A DNA stretch of 38,462 bases from a virus. Lineage: Duplodnaviria; Caudoviricetes. The stretch lies in the IMG/VR virus record IMGVR_UViG_3300021181_000025, positions 1 to 38,462 of that record; one strand, written 5' to 3'. Shown here one piece after another: positions 1 through 7,287 of this stretch (positions are counted from its first letter, which is position 1; each line of letters opens with the position of its first letter). The position numbers and the translations under genes were made by a program. Below the pieces are notes generated by a model. It was not told where the DNA came from. It saw only the letters and a list, made by a program, of their open reading frames with translations, and ran no database searches.

Positions 1-984
1 TCCAGTGAAGTGATCGAAAACAACCCCATGGGGGGGGGAGCCAGCCAAGATGCAAGGTTTTATTAATTCTTCGGGGAAGGTAGCAAAATGCGCTTCTTTA
101 AAAGGCATTGGAGACACGGACCACACTGACCTCTTGTTTACGCCAAGAGGATGATGCACTGCTTTCATGTTACCGTTATTCTTTCCTGGAACCCTATCGC
201 TGCCAGTCTGGTTTTCTAGATTTTTTTCTCCAAGCCTCAATATAGAAGATGCTGCCAATGGAATCCTAATCGCATCTTGATCATAATAATACCTTGGAGA
301 CTTGCTTAATAAAAATATATATTCATGGGCTTTTGTGCATCTATCCTCGACGGATTCTGGCATGCAATTAGGTTTATGCCAAATAATATCCTGACGTAAA
401 AACCACCCATCAGCACGAAGCGCAAAGGCCACCATCCATGGGATACCACAAAGGTCTTTTTCTTTTAAATTTTCTTGCTTAATTCCTCTCTTTGGACAAT
501 TCTCAACCTCTGAGAACTTCTGGCCAGCAATAGATTGTTTTGACTGACGTTGACCTTTGCCGGGCCTGTAATTGTAATATGAATCCCCTAGATTTATCCA
601 TAGCGTCCCTTCTTTCTTAAGAACTCTTCGACACTCTCTAAATAAATCAACTATCTTTTTCACATATTCCTCAGGTGAATTTTCTAGTCCTATTTGGGAA
701 TCAATCTTGATAGCACCGCACTTCCCACAAACTCCACCCCTCCATCCCTCCCTTTCATGATTTGAATTATTGGATGAACTCTGCAAGGTTGAAGTGTTTT
801 CTTTATGAGATGATTTCCGTGAGTGATTACAGGAAGAGTCTCCTCCTTGCCATTTCCCTGTCCCATAGTCTCGCAGGCCCCAATAAGGAGGGGATGTAAC
901 GATAGTGTCTACGAATTCATCTGGCCAGGTCCGGGCGATTTCAATCGCATCCCCTTGGTGTATTTTGTTTATGATATCCTTCAT
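1..984 (-). CDS. Site-specific DNA methyltransferase, beta class (N4-C/N6-A), 3'-truncated by window edge
   Basis: Not in ORF track. Manual translation from ATG at 984 (SD AAGGA): MKDIINKIHQGDAIE...IVTSPPYWGLRDYG (motif IV SPPY)...LRQDIIWHKPNCMPESVEDRCTKAHEYIFLLSK...AHFATFPEELIKPCILAGSPPHGVVFDHFTG (start of motif I FxGxG at the edge). Confidence 0.93.
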   Translation of the reverse strand, partial: MKDIINKIHQGDAIEIARTWPDEFVDTIVTSPPYWGLRDYGTGKWQGGDSSCNHSRKSSHKENTSTLQSSSNNSNHEREGWRGGVCGKCGAIKIDSQIGLENSPEEYVKKIVDLFRECRRVLKKEGTLWINLGDSYYNYRPGKGQRQSKQSIAGQKFSEVENCPKRGIKQENLKEKDLCGIPWMVAFALRADGWFLRQDIIWHKPNCMPESVEDRCTKAHEYIFLLSKSPRYYYDQDAIRIPLAASSILRLGEKNLENQTGSDRVPGKNNGNMKAVHHPLGVNKRSVWSVSPMPFKEAHFATFPEELIKPCILAGSPPHGVVFDHFTG

Positions 985-995
985 ATTTTTCCTTA

Positions 996-1592
996 TTAAA
1001 TCATCGCTTCCACATTGCCCTGCAACTCTTCAGCTTTCTCAATGATGCCCGTATCGCTCGGGTTTAATGAGTGCATGTCGCGCGTGAATTCCTTGATAGC
1101 CGCAATGAACTTCTTGATGCTCTTGTTGTAGCGGGCTTCTATTTCCTGATCAGGATCAATTTTCTTGCGCTCTTTGATCATAGAGGTTAAATCTTTGTTC
1201 AATTGCGAAGCATCTGTTCCCTTCTTAAATACTTTATCGCGTAGGGTAGAATAATCCTCACGAGTAAGGTTGCGATCAGCGCGGGCGCGGCGGAGCACAT
1301 CCAATGGCTCATAGGAAGGAATGATGGCCACTTCTCGACCTGAACTAAATTCGGCCTTTAAATATTCAGGTTCTTGCTCCTCGACAAAGAAATAGGTCTT
1401 GACCAGCTTCATGCCCAGAGCTTTCTTCATGCCAAGTTCTTTAATGAGATAATCCTCGAATTTCTCATGTCCCCATTGATGATAAAGCTTATCGCGCCAA
1501 ACCGTATATAGGGATTGACCCAAGAATATCCATGAGGTCTTAAAGGTCTTGGCGTTAGCGGTTAATTCATTCCTTAGCGTTTCTGTTTGCAT
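996..1592 (-). CDS. Conserved hypothetical protein, probable host-derived (AKTFKTSWI...WGHEKFEDY...KEL family)
   Basis: 198 aa ORF with SD GAGGAG. Resembles, from memory, a conserved chromosomal hypothetical protein of Omnitrophota/myxobacteria. Confidence 0.75.
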   Translation of the reverse strand: MQTETLRNELTANAKTFKTSWIFLGQSLYTVWRDKLYHQWGHEKFEDYLIKELGMKKALGMKLVKTYFFVEEQEPEYLKAEFSSGREVAIIPSYEPLDVLRRARADRNLTREDYSTLRDKVFKKGTDASQLNKDLTSMIKERKKIDPDQEIEARYNKSIKKFIAAIKEFTRDMHSLNPSDTGIIEKAEELQGNVEAMI

Positions 1593-1609
1593 GATTTTCT
1601 CCTCGATTG

Positions 1610-1786
1610 TTATTGTTTTAAACGCATTTCATCTTCATAAAGCCAGACTTCTTTTGCCTCTGAATTATAAAAATATCGCACCTGATATTTAATGCCTGTC
1701 TGGGTTATGGCAATTTGAGTAATTCTCCCAACCAAGTCTAATGGTATGATAACGACCTCATTGCCTAGATTGTGTTTTAGTTCCAT
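1610..1786 (-). CDS. Small hypothetical protein (SH3-like beta-rich)
   Basis: Within track ORF 1610..1819. Likely start ATG 1786 (MELKHNLGNEVVIIPLDLVGRITQI...YQVRYF); packed in operon. Confidence 0.6.
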   Translation of the reverse strand: MELKHNLGNEVVIIPLDLVGRITQIAITQTGIKYQVRYFYNSEAKEVWLYEDEMRLKQ

Positions 1787-1796
1787 ATTTATCTCT

Positions 1797-1922
1797 CTAA
1801 GAAGGAATGATGCACCCAATAAACGATGGGCATTGATTATAATGGTTGATTGTCTTGGCCTTTTCGCATCCCCACATGGGAAGGATTATTAATGTCAATA
1901 GTAAAATATTATTTTTTCCCAT
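1797..1922 (-). CDS. Small putative lipoprotein
   Basis: MGKNNILLLTLIILPMWG-C lipobox-like, 41 aa. Start overlaps YopX 3' end (C-terminal part of track ORF 1797..2084). Confidence 0.45.
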   Translation of the reverse strand: MGKNNILLLTLIILPMWGCEKAKTINHYNQCPSFIGCIIPS

Positions 1923-2307
1923 ATAATAAATTTTCATTCTCGTATATGTTTCCAATAATTTCAATCTCTCCAAATAAAGGCCTTGATCCAGTTTTAATGT
2001 TAAATATAGGCCTAAACAAGAATCCTGAAAATAAGGCATCATATGATTTAGAAAATTCACATATAGCGATCTGCCCACGCTCATCTTTTAAAATATCTCC
2101 CTCATAAATTTTTTTGTCGTTCTTGTCTTGGAGGCCTGTGAATTGCATAATCGGACACTGCCTCATCATGGAGGATGAATCATGGTGAAGGTAAAAACCA
2201 GCATCTCTGCTGTCTTCTCTGTATCCGAAGTAAACCATTCCGGGGCCATATTCTTCGCCATCTGAATCTTTCCATCTTAAAAACACTCTAAACTTTATTT
2301 CCCTCAT
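1909..2307 (-). CDS. YopX family protein
   Basis: MREIKFR start, MQFTGLQDKNDKKIYEGDIL and EIIGNIYEN signature motifs. Confidence 0.93.
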   Translation of the reverse strand: MREIKFRVFLRWKDSDGEEYGPGMVYFGYREDSRDAGFYLHHDSSSMMRQCPIMQFTGLQDKNDKKIYEGDILKDERGQIAICEFSKSYDALFSGFLFRPIFNIKTGSRPLFGEIEIIGNIYENENLLYGKK

Positions 2308-2334
2308 ATTCCCGTCGCTAAGTAGATGAAGTTA

Positions 2335-2424
2335 TTAGAAACATTTTTGTAAGAACCTAATAATCATTAAAATCCCAACGCCTATTAAATTCCATCCAAT
2401 GAAAAATAAAGAAAAGATATTCAT
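2335..2424 (-). CDS. Small membrane peptide (29 aa)
   Basis: Manual: MNIFSLFFIGWNLIGVGILMIIRFLQKCF; fills the gap between operon genes. Confidence 0.4.
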   Translation of the reverse strand: MNIFSLFFIGWNLIGVGILMIIRFLQKCF

Positions 2425-2426
2425 AC

Positions 2427-2693
2427 TCACCCCTTCCCCTCAACCACGAGCAGAGATGGTAGGGAGAATATGATGGCATCCCCAATTTCTTTTTCTAATC
2501 CATATACTAAATACCGTGAAGTAACATGCTTAATTATATTATTTAAGCTTTCACTATCAAGCGTGAGGGACTTTTCGCCTTGAAGATTAATGGCATCATT
2601 AAAACCACCATTCCTTTCACCATCAGAGCCATATACCGCAACTCTTTCTCTTTTATCAATCATTAACCCAGGTATATATTTTAGCTTAACCAT
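2427..2693 (-). CDS. Phage hypothetical protein
   Basis: 88 aa, SD GGGGGA; GFNDAI motif common in small phage early proteins. Confidence 0.65.
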   Translation of the reverse strand: MVKLKYIPGLMIDKRERVAVYGSDGERNGGFNDAINLQGEKSLTLDSESLNNIIKHVTSRYLVYGLEKEIGDAIIFSLPSLLVVEGKG

Positions 2694-2707
2694 ATTCCCC
2701 CTAATTG

Positions 2708-2866
2708 TTATTCCTTGACTGATTTATCCTCATTTTTCTTCAACTCTCCAAACGTAAATTCTCTTCCGTAATCTTCAATAAGAAAAGAGGTGTTACAATC
2801 CATAGTATCTAGAACTTTTATCAATTCGTTTACTTTTAAATTGCTCACATCTATGCTTATTCTCAT
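2708..2866 (-). CDS. Small hypothetical protein (52 aa)
   Basis: Manual: MRISIDVSNLKVNELIKVLDTMDCNTSFLIEDYGREFTFGELKKNEDKSVKE; same GGGGGAATATG start as its neighbour. Confidence 0.55.
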   Translation of the reverse strand: MRISIDVSNLKVNELIKVLDTMDCNTSFLIEDYGREFTFGELKKNEDKSVKE

Positions 2867-2997
2867 ATTCCCCCTATCTCGGTGTTAAGAAGCGTTAAAC
2901 ATCCATTAAAGTAATAATCTCAATCTCTGGTAGCCAATCTGAGCCTTGATTTAATACCGTTCTACATTTAACGATCATATTCCTCTCCTGGGTGGGG

Positions 2998-3342
2998 TTA
3001 ATCATTAGTAAATACTAGATGAAGACATCTTAGGCACTCTAAATATCTATCTAAGCATCTACCAATATCGTCATTTTCTCCGTCACTCCAATATAATTCT
3101 CCAATTATTTCTATATCGTGGTTATTAGTGCGTTGATGAGCTATAATAACTCTAACGAAGTCACATTTATTAGAATCAATCAAAGCTAATACTCCAACCT
3201 TCCAAATATAACTTGTTCCTTTATCTAGCCATTTATCCCCATTAATTGCATCGTCATTTACGTCTTCTTTGTATTGAATGTTATAAACACTTTCAAGGTC
3301 GCTACATTTTTTTCTAGCGTATTCTATTAAAAATTCCTTCAT
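2998..3342 (-). CDS. Hypothetical protein (AT-rich)
   Basis: 114 aa ORF abutting upstream gene, SD GGAGG/GGGTG. Confidence 0.65.
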   Translation of the reverse strand: MKEFLIEYARKKCSDLESVYNIQYKEDVNDDAINGDKWLDKGTSYIWKVGVLALIDSNKCDFVRVIIAHQRTNNHDIEIIGELYWSDGENDDIGRCLDRYLECLRCLHLVFTND

Positions 3343-3343
3343 C

Positions 3344-3829
3344 TCACCCTCCTATAAGCTTGTGGATTGCTTTGGCTATTTTATGAGCAGATGTCTCAAT
3401 ACTATCTTCATCAGGTATTGGTACATTTAAAATGACCTTCTCAATTTGCTCAACTCTCGCAGACGAGGGGATGCCAAATAACCTATATACTTCTCTAATT
3501 AGCTGTATTTCTCTATGGTCGTAATACATTTCTGACATTTTTCTTGTTATGTCATCCAACGGCACCAAAGAAGGGGAGGGCTTAGTACACTTACAATCCT
3601 TAACGGCATCATGGCATATATGGCAATGAGTTCCGAAGTATCCACCATTGGTTTTAACTGACCCCACCCCCACGGGAAGATTGCCGATTTCGTAGATCAT
3701 CCTATTTTTCATACAGATTTGACATCCTTCATATTCAGCGCCTATATAGCATGGAATGGAATCGTGCTTATGAAGTGTCTGCTTCGGGAAATGCGGTAGA
3801 TCACGGACTTTAAGCTCACTTTTCTTCAT
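3344..3829 (-). CDS. Hypothetical protein with Cys pairs
   Basis: 161 aa, SD AAGGAG; CQIC and CHIC...CKC putative zinc ligands. Confidence 0.7.
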   Translation of the reverse strand: MKKSELKVRDLPHFPKQTLHKHDSIPCYIGAEYEGCQICMKNRMIYEIGNLPVGVGSVKTNGGYFGTHCHICHDAVKDCKCTKPSPSLVPLDDITRKMSEMYYDHREIQLIREVYRLFGIPSSARVEQIEKVILNVPIPDEDSIETSAHKIAKAIHKLIGG

Positions 3830-3840
3830 TGGTTATCTCC

Positions 3841-5022
3841 TTAATCTTTGTATGGATCTGTGATGTCTTCCCCCGCCATACAGACAATGACCGGATGGAG
3901 CACCTCAGTGATCTTAATGGATGTGGCGTGTTCGCCCAAGACGTTCTCAATCCTTTTGTAGCATTGAGGTGCCTCATCAACCCCAGCTCCGCGCAAGCAA
4001 ACATGTTTATTGGCAATCCACTTCATCATCTCATCATGCCTTACCAATCCGGGACCGCGCTTCTTATAACCATTCTCATCCTTAATGAATTTTCCTTTGG
4101 CATCATTTCGGGACATCACGCGCCCGGCACCATGAACGGTAGAGTATAGACTATGAATACTATCTGGACTCTCAATGCCTTCTAAAATAACGGATATGTC
4201 ACCCATAGATCCCCCCACAAATCCTTTCTGGCCGGGGAAGGAAGGGGTAGCACCTTTGCGCACCACCCAAAGGTCTTCACCTTGATGTGTTTCTTTCCAA
4301 GCGAAGTTGTGGTGGTTGTGGACACGGGTGCGCGGAGAAGCACCCATGATCTGCATAACCTTGTGGCATACCCATTCACGGCCTGCATAAGCATATTTGC
4401 CTGCCAATTCCATGGCCACCAGATAATCAGCTCCCAAGGCAGAATCAACATCAACCACTAGGGGTTCAACATTAATACCATCTTGGGCACCGCCAGCCCT
4501 GAGGAAGTGGGTCGCAATCTTGTGTCCGAGCCCACGGGACCCAAAGTGCACACCAATCCACACACGCTCAAGGGTATCAATAAAGACATCCACATAATGG
4601 TTCCCAGATCCAACTGTTCCAAGTTGGCTTTCGGCCGCTTTTTTGTCAATAGAATCTGGAAAAACCTTCCAAGCATCGTCCTCAAACAATGGATGATCAA
4701 CGCGCTCATCATTCTTGCGACCAACGCCAAAAGCTATTTGTTTAAATATTTCATCCGCCAACAAAGAGACATTCGGCTTAATGTCTTCCCATACCAAATC
4801 AGTCATAACCGCCATATTGCCACAGGCGATGTCAAAACCCACTCCAGATGGCGATATTTGGTTTTTATAGGCCACAACTCCACCAATAGGAACTCCATAG
4901 CCAAGGTGATGATCAGCCATTAAGGCTGCCTTATAGGCGGTCTTCTTGCATGTTTCAATTTGGGCTAGGGCTCCCTCATCAACCGGATCACCCCAAACCG
5001 GAATTCCATTAATTATACGCAT
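3841..5022 (-). CDS. rtcB: RtcB family RNA 3'-phosphate/5'-OH ligase
   Basis: Motifs DHHLGYGVPIGGV, GVGFDIACG, GSGNHY, HFGSRG, HNHHN, RKGAT, HGAGR, DEAPQCYK all intact; SD AAGGAG. Confidence 0.96.
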   Translation of the reverse strand: MRIINGIPVWGDPVDEGALAQIETCKKTAYKAALMADHHLGYGVPIGGVVAYKNQISPSGVGFDIACGNMAVMTDLVWEDIKPNVSLLADEIFKQIAFGVGRKNDERVDHPLFEDDAWKVFPDSIDKKAAESQLGTVGSGNHYVDVFIDTLERVWIGVHFGSRGLGHKIATHFLRAGGAQDGINVEPLVVDVDSALGADYLVAMELAGKYAYAGREWVCHKVMQIMGASPRTRVHNHHNFAWKETHQGEDLWVVRKGATPSFPGQKGFVGGSMGDISVILEGIESPDSIHSLYSTVHGAGRVMSRNDAKGKFIKDENGYKKRGPGLVRHDEMMKWIANKHVCLRGAGVDEAPQCYKRIENVLGEHATSIKITEVLHPVIVCMAGEDITDPYKD

Positions 5023-5039
5023 TTAATGCTCCTTCTTTA

Positions 5040-5378
5040 TCAAGACAATCCAGCGTATTTTAAAGCCTCTAATAAGGGCTGAACAGTTTCGTTAATAGAT
5101 TCGCTGGAATTTTTTAATAATTCTTCCAGTGAATCATAACCGACTTCCATTTCAATATCATTTTCCCAACCATAGCAGGAACAATGACCCATATCATGAT
5201 GGAAATATTTTCCCTCTTTTTTCCAGAGCATGTCTCCACCACCTTCATAGGAGCCATGGCCATAGCTATACACCAACCAATCAAATTCCTTTAATTCCTC
5301 AATAAAGCTCTGAGTATCGATCTCTTCTTGCTCTCTGTACTCATCTTTCACATAAGGAACATTAATGACTTTATTCAT
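5040..5378 (-). CDS. Acidic phage hypothetical protein (GSYEG...HCSCYG motif)
   Basis: 112 aa, SD GGAGG. Confidence 0.75.
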   Translation of the reverse strand: MNKVINVPYVKDEYREQEEIDTQSFIEELKEFDWLVYSYGHGSYEGGGDMLWKKEGKYFHHDMGHCSCYGWENDIEMEVGYDSLEELLKNSSESINETVQPLLEALKYAGLS

Positions 5379-5399
5379 AGACCCTCCTGTTTTATGTAC

Positions 5400-5413
5400 G
5401 TTTCACGTGAAAC
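5400..5413. promoter_or_regulatory. parS: parS-like centromere site
   Basis: Intergenic perfect 14-bp palindrome GTTTCACGTGAAAC, the core of bacterial consensus TGTTTCACGTGAAACA (14/16 match). Confidence 0.8.
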
Positions 5414-5536
5414 CTAACTCTTACTATGCTCATAATCAATCCTAGCCTGATATCCATCGGTAAAGGCTTTCTTATAAAGAATCCCACCAGCAACCAGACC
5501 AGAAATGATCATTATAGAAATCAAAAAATACTTCAT
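5414..5536 (-). CDS. Small single-TM protein (40 aa)
   Basis: Manual: MKYFLISIMIISGLVAGGILYKKAFTDGYQARIDYEHSKS; ATGA overlap with rep stop. Confidence 0.55.
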   Translation of the reverse strand: MKYFLISIMIISGLVAGGILYKKAFTDGYQARIDYEHSKS

Positions 5537-6300
5537 ATCATTACCTCCATTTTTCTACGGCAGGCGACCTTGGCGCCACCGCCCTGGGCTATTTCATAGC
5601 CATTCCCAAAGCAATCCGGGCATGTCTTATGGTGGATAGGCCATGTCTTTTCAGCCCCTTCCCTTTTACCCACCAACCATTTATCCAGATTATCAACTTT
5701 ATTGCGAACCCCCAAACAATACACAATGTCACAGAACCGATGCCGGTCCGCCCAATCATCCTTCACAAAGTTCTCAATGGCCTTTAACATCTCATCCTTC
5801 GTGCGGCCTTGGTGGAGGCGGGAGAGGATGATGCGCTTGCGCTCAGGGCTTAAAAGAATCTTCTTGCCTGTTTTCATACAAAAATAACCAAAAACTTCTT
5901 TAACATCATTATCAATTCTAATTACATTTTCATCTTCATTTGCATTTTCAATCGGCATATGCAAACAAGATGCTTTTTCAATGCTTTTGTTATGCAATTG
6001 CATGTTAGACCATCGTTTTTTAGCATTATCTGATAAGCTAGATGATTTTTTAGACCTTTTAGCCATTTCTTGGGTTAAGCGATGGTGATACACCATCCCA
6101 TCTTCAGTTACCCTAAACTTACTACGTATGATCTCATGGGTGCCAATAAAGGCATTGAAGGCATCTAAGGTCATTTCTCCACCGTGTTGGTGGAGGAAGC
6201 AAATTAGGCGGATGTAAATACCCACCTGCTCATGACTCATAATCATGGTACCTGTGAGAAAGTCAGAGGTATAGAAGAGGATGGCGGGGTCTTTAGCCAT
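5533..6300 (-). CDS. Phage replication initiator (DUF1376/YdaU-like N-terminus, phage replisome-organiser C-terminal domain, CxxC tail)
   Basis: MAKDPAILFYTSDFLTGTMIMSHEQVGIYIRLI N-terminus; AKKRW linker; ILSRLHQGRTKDEMLKAIEN C-domain. ATG 6300 preferred over TTG 6315. Confidence 0.8.
   Translation of the reverse strand: MAKDPAILFYTSDFLTGTMIMSHEQVGIYIRLICFLHQHGGEMTLDAFNAFIGTHEIIRSKFRVTEDGMVYHHRLTQEMAKRSKKSSSLSDNAKKRWSNMQLHNKSIEKASCLHMPIENANEDENVIRIDNDVKEVFGYFCMKTGKKILLSPERKRIILSRLHQGRTKDEMLKAIENFVKDDWADRHRFCDIVYCLGVRNKVDNLDKWLVGKREGAEKTWPIHHKTCPDCFGNGYEIAQGGGAKVACRRKMEVMI
5941..6003. repeat. Iteron-like repeats, candidate replication origin inside rep
   Basis: TGCATTTTCAAT (5941), TGCTTTTTCAAT (5971), TGCTTTTGTTAT (5982) and palindrome ATGCAATTGCAT (5992-6003) in the interdomain linker, beside an AT-rich tract. 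Confidence 0.5.
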
Positions 6301-6362
6301 TTTTATAATCCTCAATCTTTGGCATCGGTCTTAGCATAACAAAGAACTCAAGCATATAAGGA

Positions 6363-6421
6363 GACCCCGGCTTTCTATGCGAAAGTAAAGGAAGGTCTTT
6401 GGGAGACAGTCCACCGGAGTC
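6363..6421 (-). ncRNA. Candidate three-way-junction antisense RNA (P1 C4 / P4 CI-like) in rep leader
   Basis: P1 GACUCCGG/CCGGGGUC; P2 GGA..GUCU-CCCAA-AGAC..UCC; P3 CUUUC-GCAUA-GAAAG. The P2 tip is perfectly complementary (12 nt) to 6481-6492. Confidence 0.5.
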
Positions 6422-6499
6422 CAATAATTTATGATTCGATGATTTAGGTTTTTTATTTTTCATATACGTTTCGCTGAATCTCTCCCAAAGACAATGATG

Positions 6500-6528
6500 A
6501 TTATGCACCAATGATTTATTACTGTCAA
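6500..6528 (-). promoter_or_regulatory. Sigma70 promoter of the leftward (early) operon
   Basis: TTGACA (6528-6523), 17-bp spacer, CATAAT (6505-6500), AT-rich upstream region. Confidence 0.75.
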
Positions 6529-6583
6529 ATATTTTTTAATTTATTTTTCATCACCTCTTCATTTTAAAAATATTCGAAAACAA

Positions 6584-6612
6584 TTGCAATATTATTTAAG
6601 TGGGTGTATATG
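6584..6612 (+). promoter_or_regulatory. Candidate rightward (late) promoter
   Basis: TTGCAA-17 bp-TATATG; predicted +1 falls near the terS ATG at 6619. Confidence 0.4.
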
Positions 6613-6618
6613 TTAATC

Positions 6619-7287
6619 ATGGGCGAAAATACCATAGAAAAGTCTAAAGAAAAAAATGAAGATGGAATGACGCCTCTTCAGGCATTGTTTATCATTGAGT
6701 ATATTAAAGACCTCAACGGAACCAAAGCGGCCGAGCGTGCTGGGTACGGAAAAGAATATGCGGCAGATCAGGCCTGCAAACTTTTAAAGCTCCCTCACAT
6801 TAAAAAAGAAATTGATCGTCAGCTTCAAGCCAAGGCCACCCGCACATTAATCACCGCCGACAAAATTTTATATGAGATGTTCCAGATTGCAGACTGTGAT
6901 CCCGAGGAGGCATTGGAGGCCAATGGTGATTTAAAACCCATGCATGAAATTCCAATCCATGTGCGCAAGGCGATATCAAGTCTTGAGATCGAGGCGATGT
7001 ATGAGATGGATTATACAGAGAACAAGCCTAAGCGCGTGGAAGTCGGTATTCTTAAGAAAGTTAAATTCTGGAGCAAGGACAGGGCGCAAGAGAATCTTGC
7101 TAAACATTTAAGATTATTATCTGAGAGATTTGAAATAGGTGGATTGCCCGGAGGAGATTTTAAATTTCCGGGAGTGACTGAAGTATTCGTGGACTCTCCG
7201 CAAGATTTACATGAGGCGTTAGAGTTAGCCGCTCAACCACAACCACAAGGCGAAAATGTTAGTATTACCCCAGCTGAACCAAAATGA
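6619..7287 (+). CDS. terS: Terminase small subunit
   Basis: FIIEYIKDLNGTKAAERAGY...LLKLPHIKKEI HTH; KKVKFWSKDRAQENLAKHL; directly upstream of TerL. Start uncertain (6604/6610/6619). Confidence 0.93.
   Translation: MGENTIEKSKEKNEDGMTPLQALFIIEYIKDLNGTKAAERAGYGKEYAADQACKLLKLPHIKKEIDRQLQAKATRTLITADKILYEMFQIADCDPEEALEANGDLKPMHEIPIHVRKAISSLEIEAMYEMDYTENKPKRVEVGILKKVKFWSKDRAQENLAKHLRLLSERFEIGGLPGGDFKFPGVTEVFVDSPQDLHEALELAAQPQPQGENVSITPAEPK

Noticed and set aside
2895-2978. 27-aa minus-strand ORF MIVKCRTVLNQGSDWLPEIEIITLMDV with a good SD
   Set aside because: Too short to support; may be a gene remnant
3816-4923. Alternative-frame and antisense ORFs over rtcB (3816..4016, 3829..4149, 4182..4454, 4458..4730, 4483..4923)
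   Set aside because: Shadows of a well-supported gene; no SD or recognisable motifs
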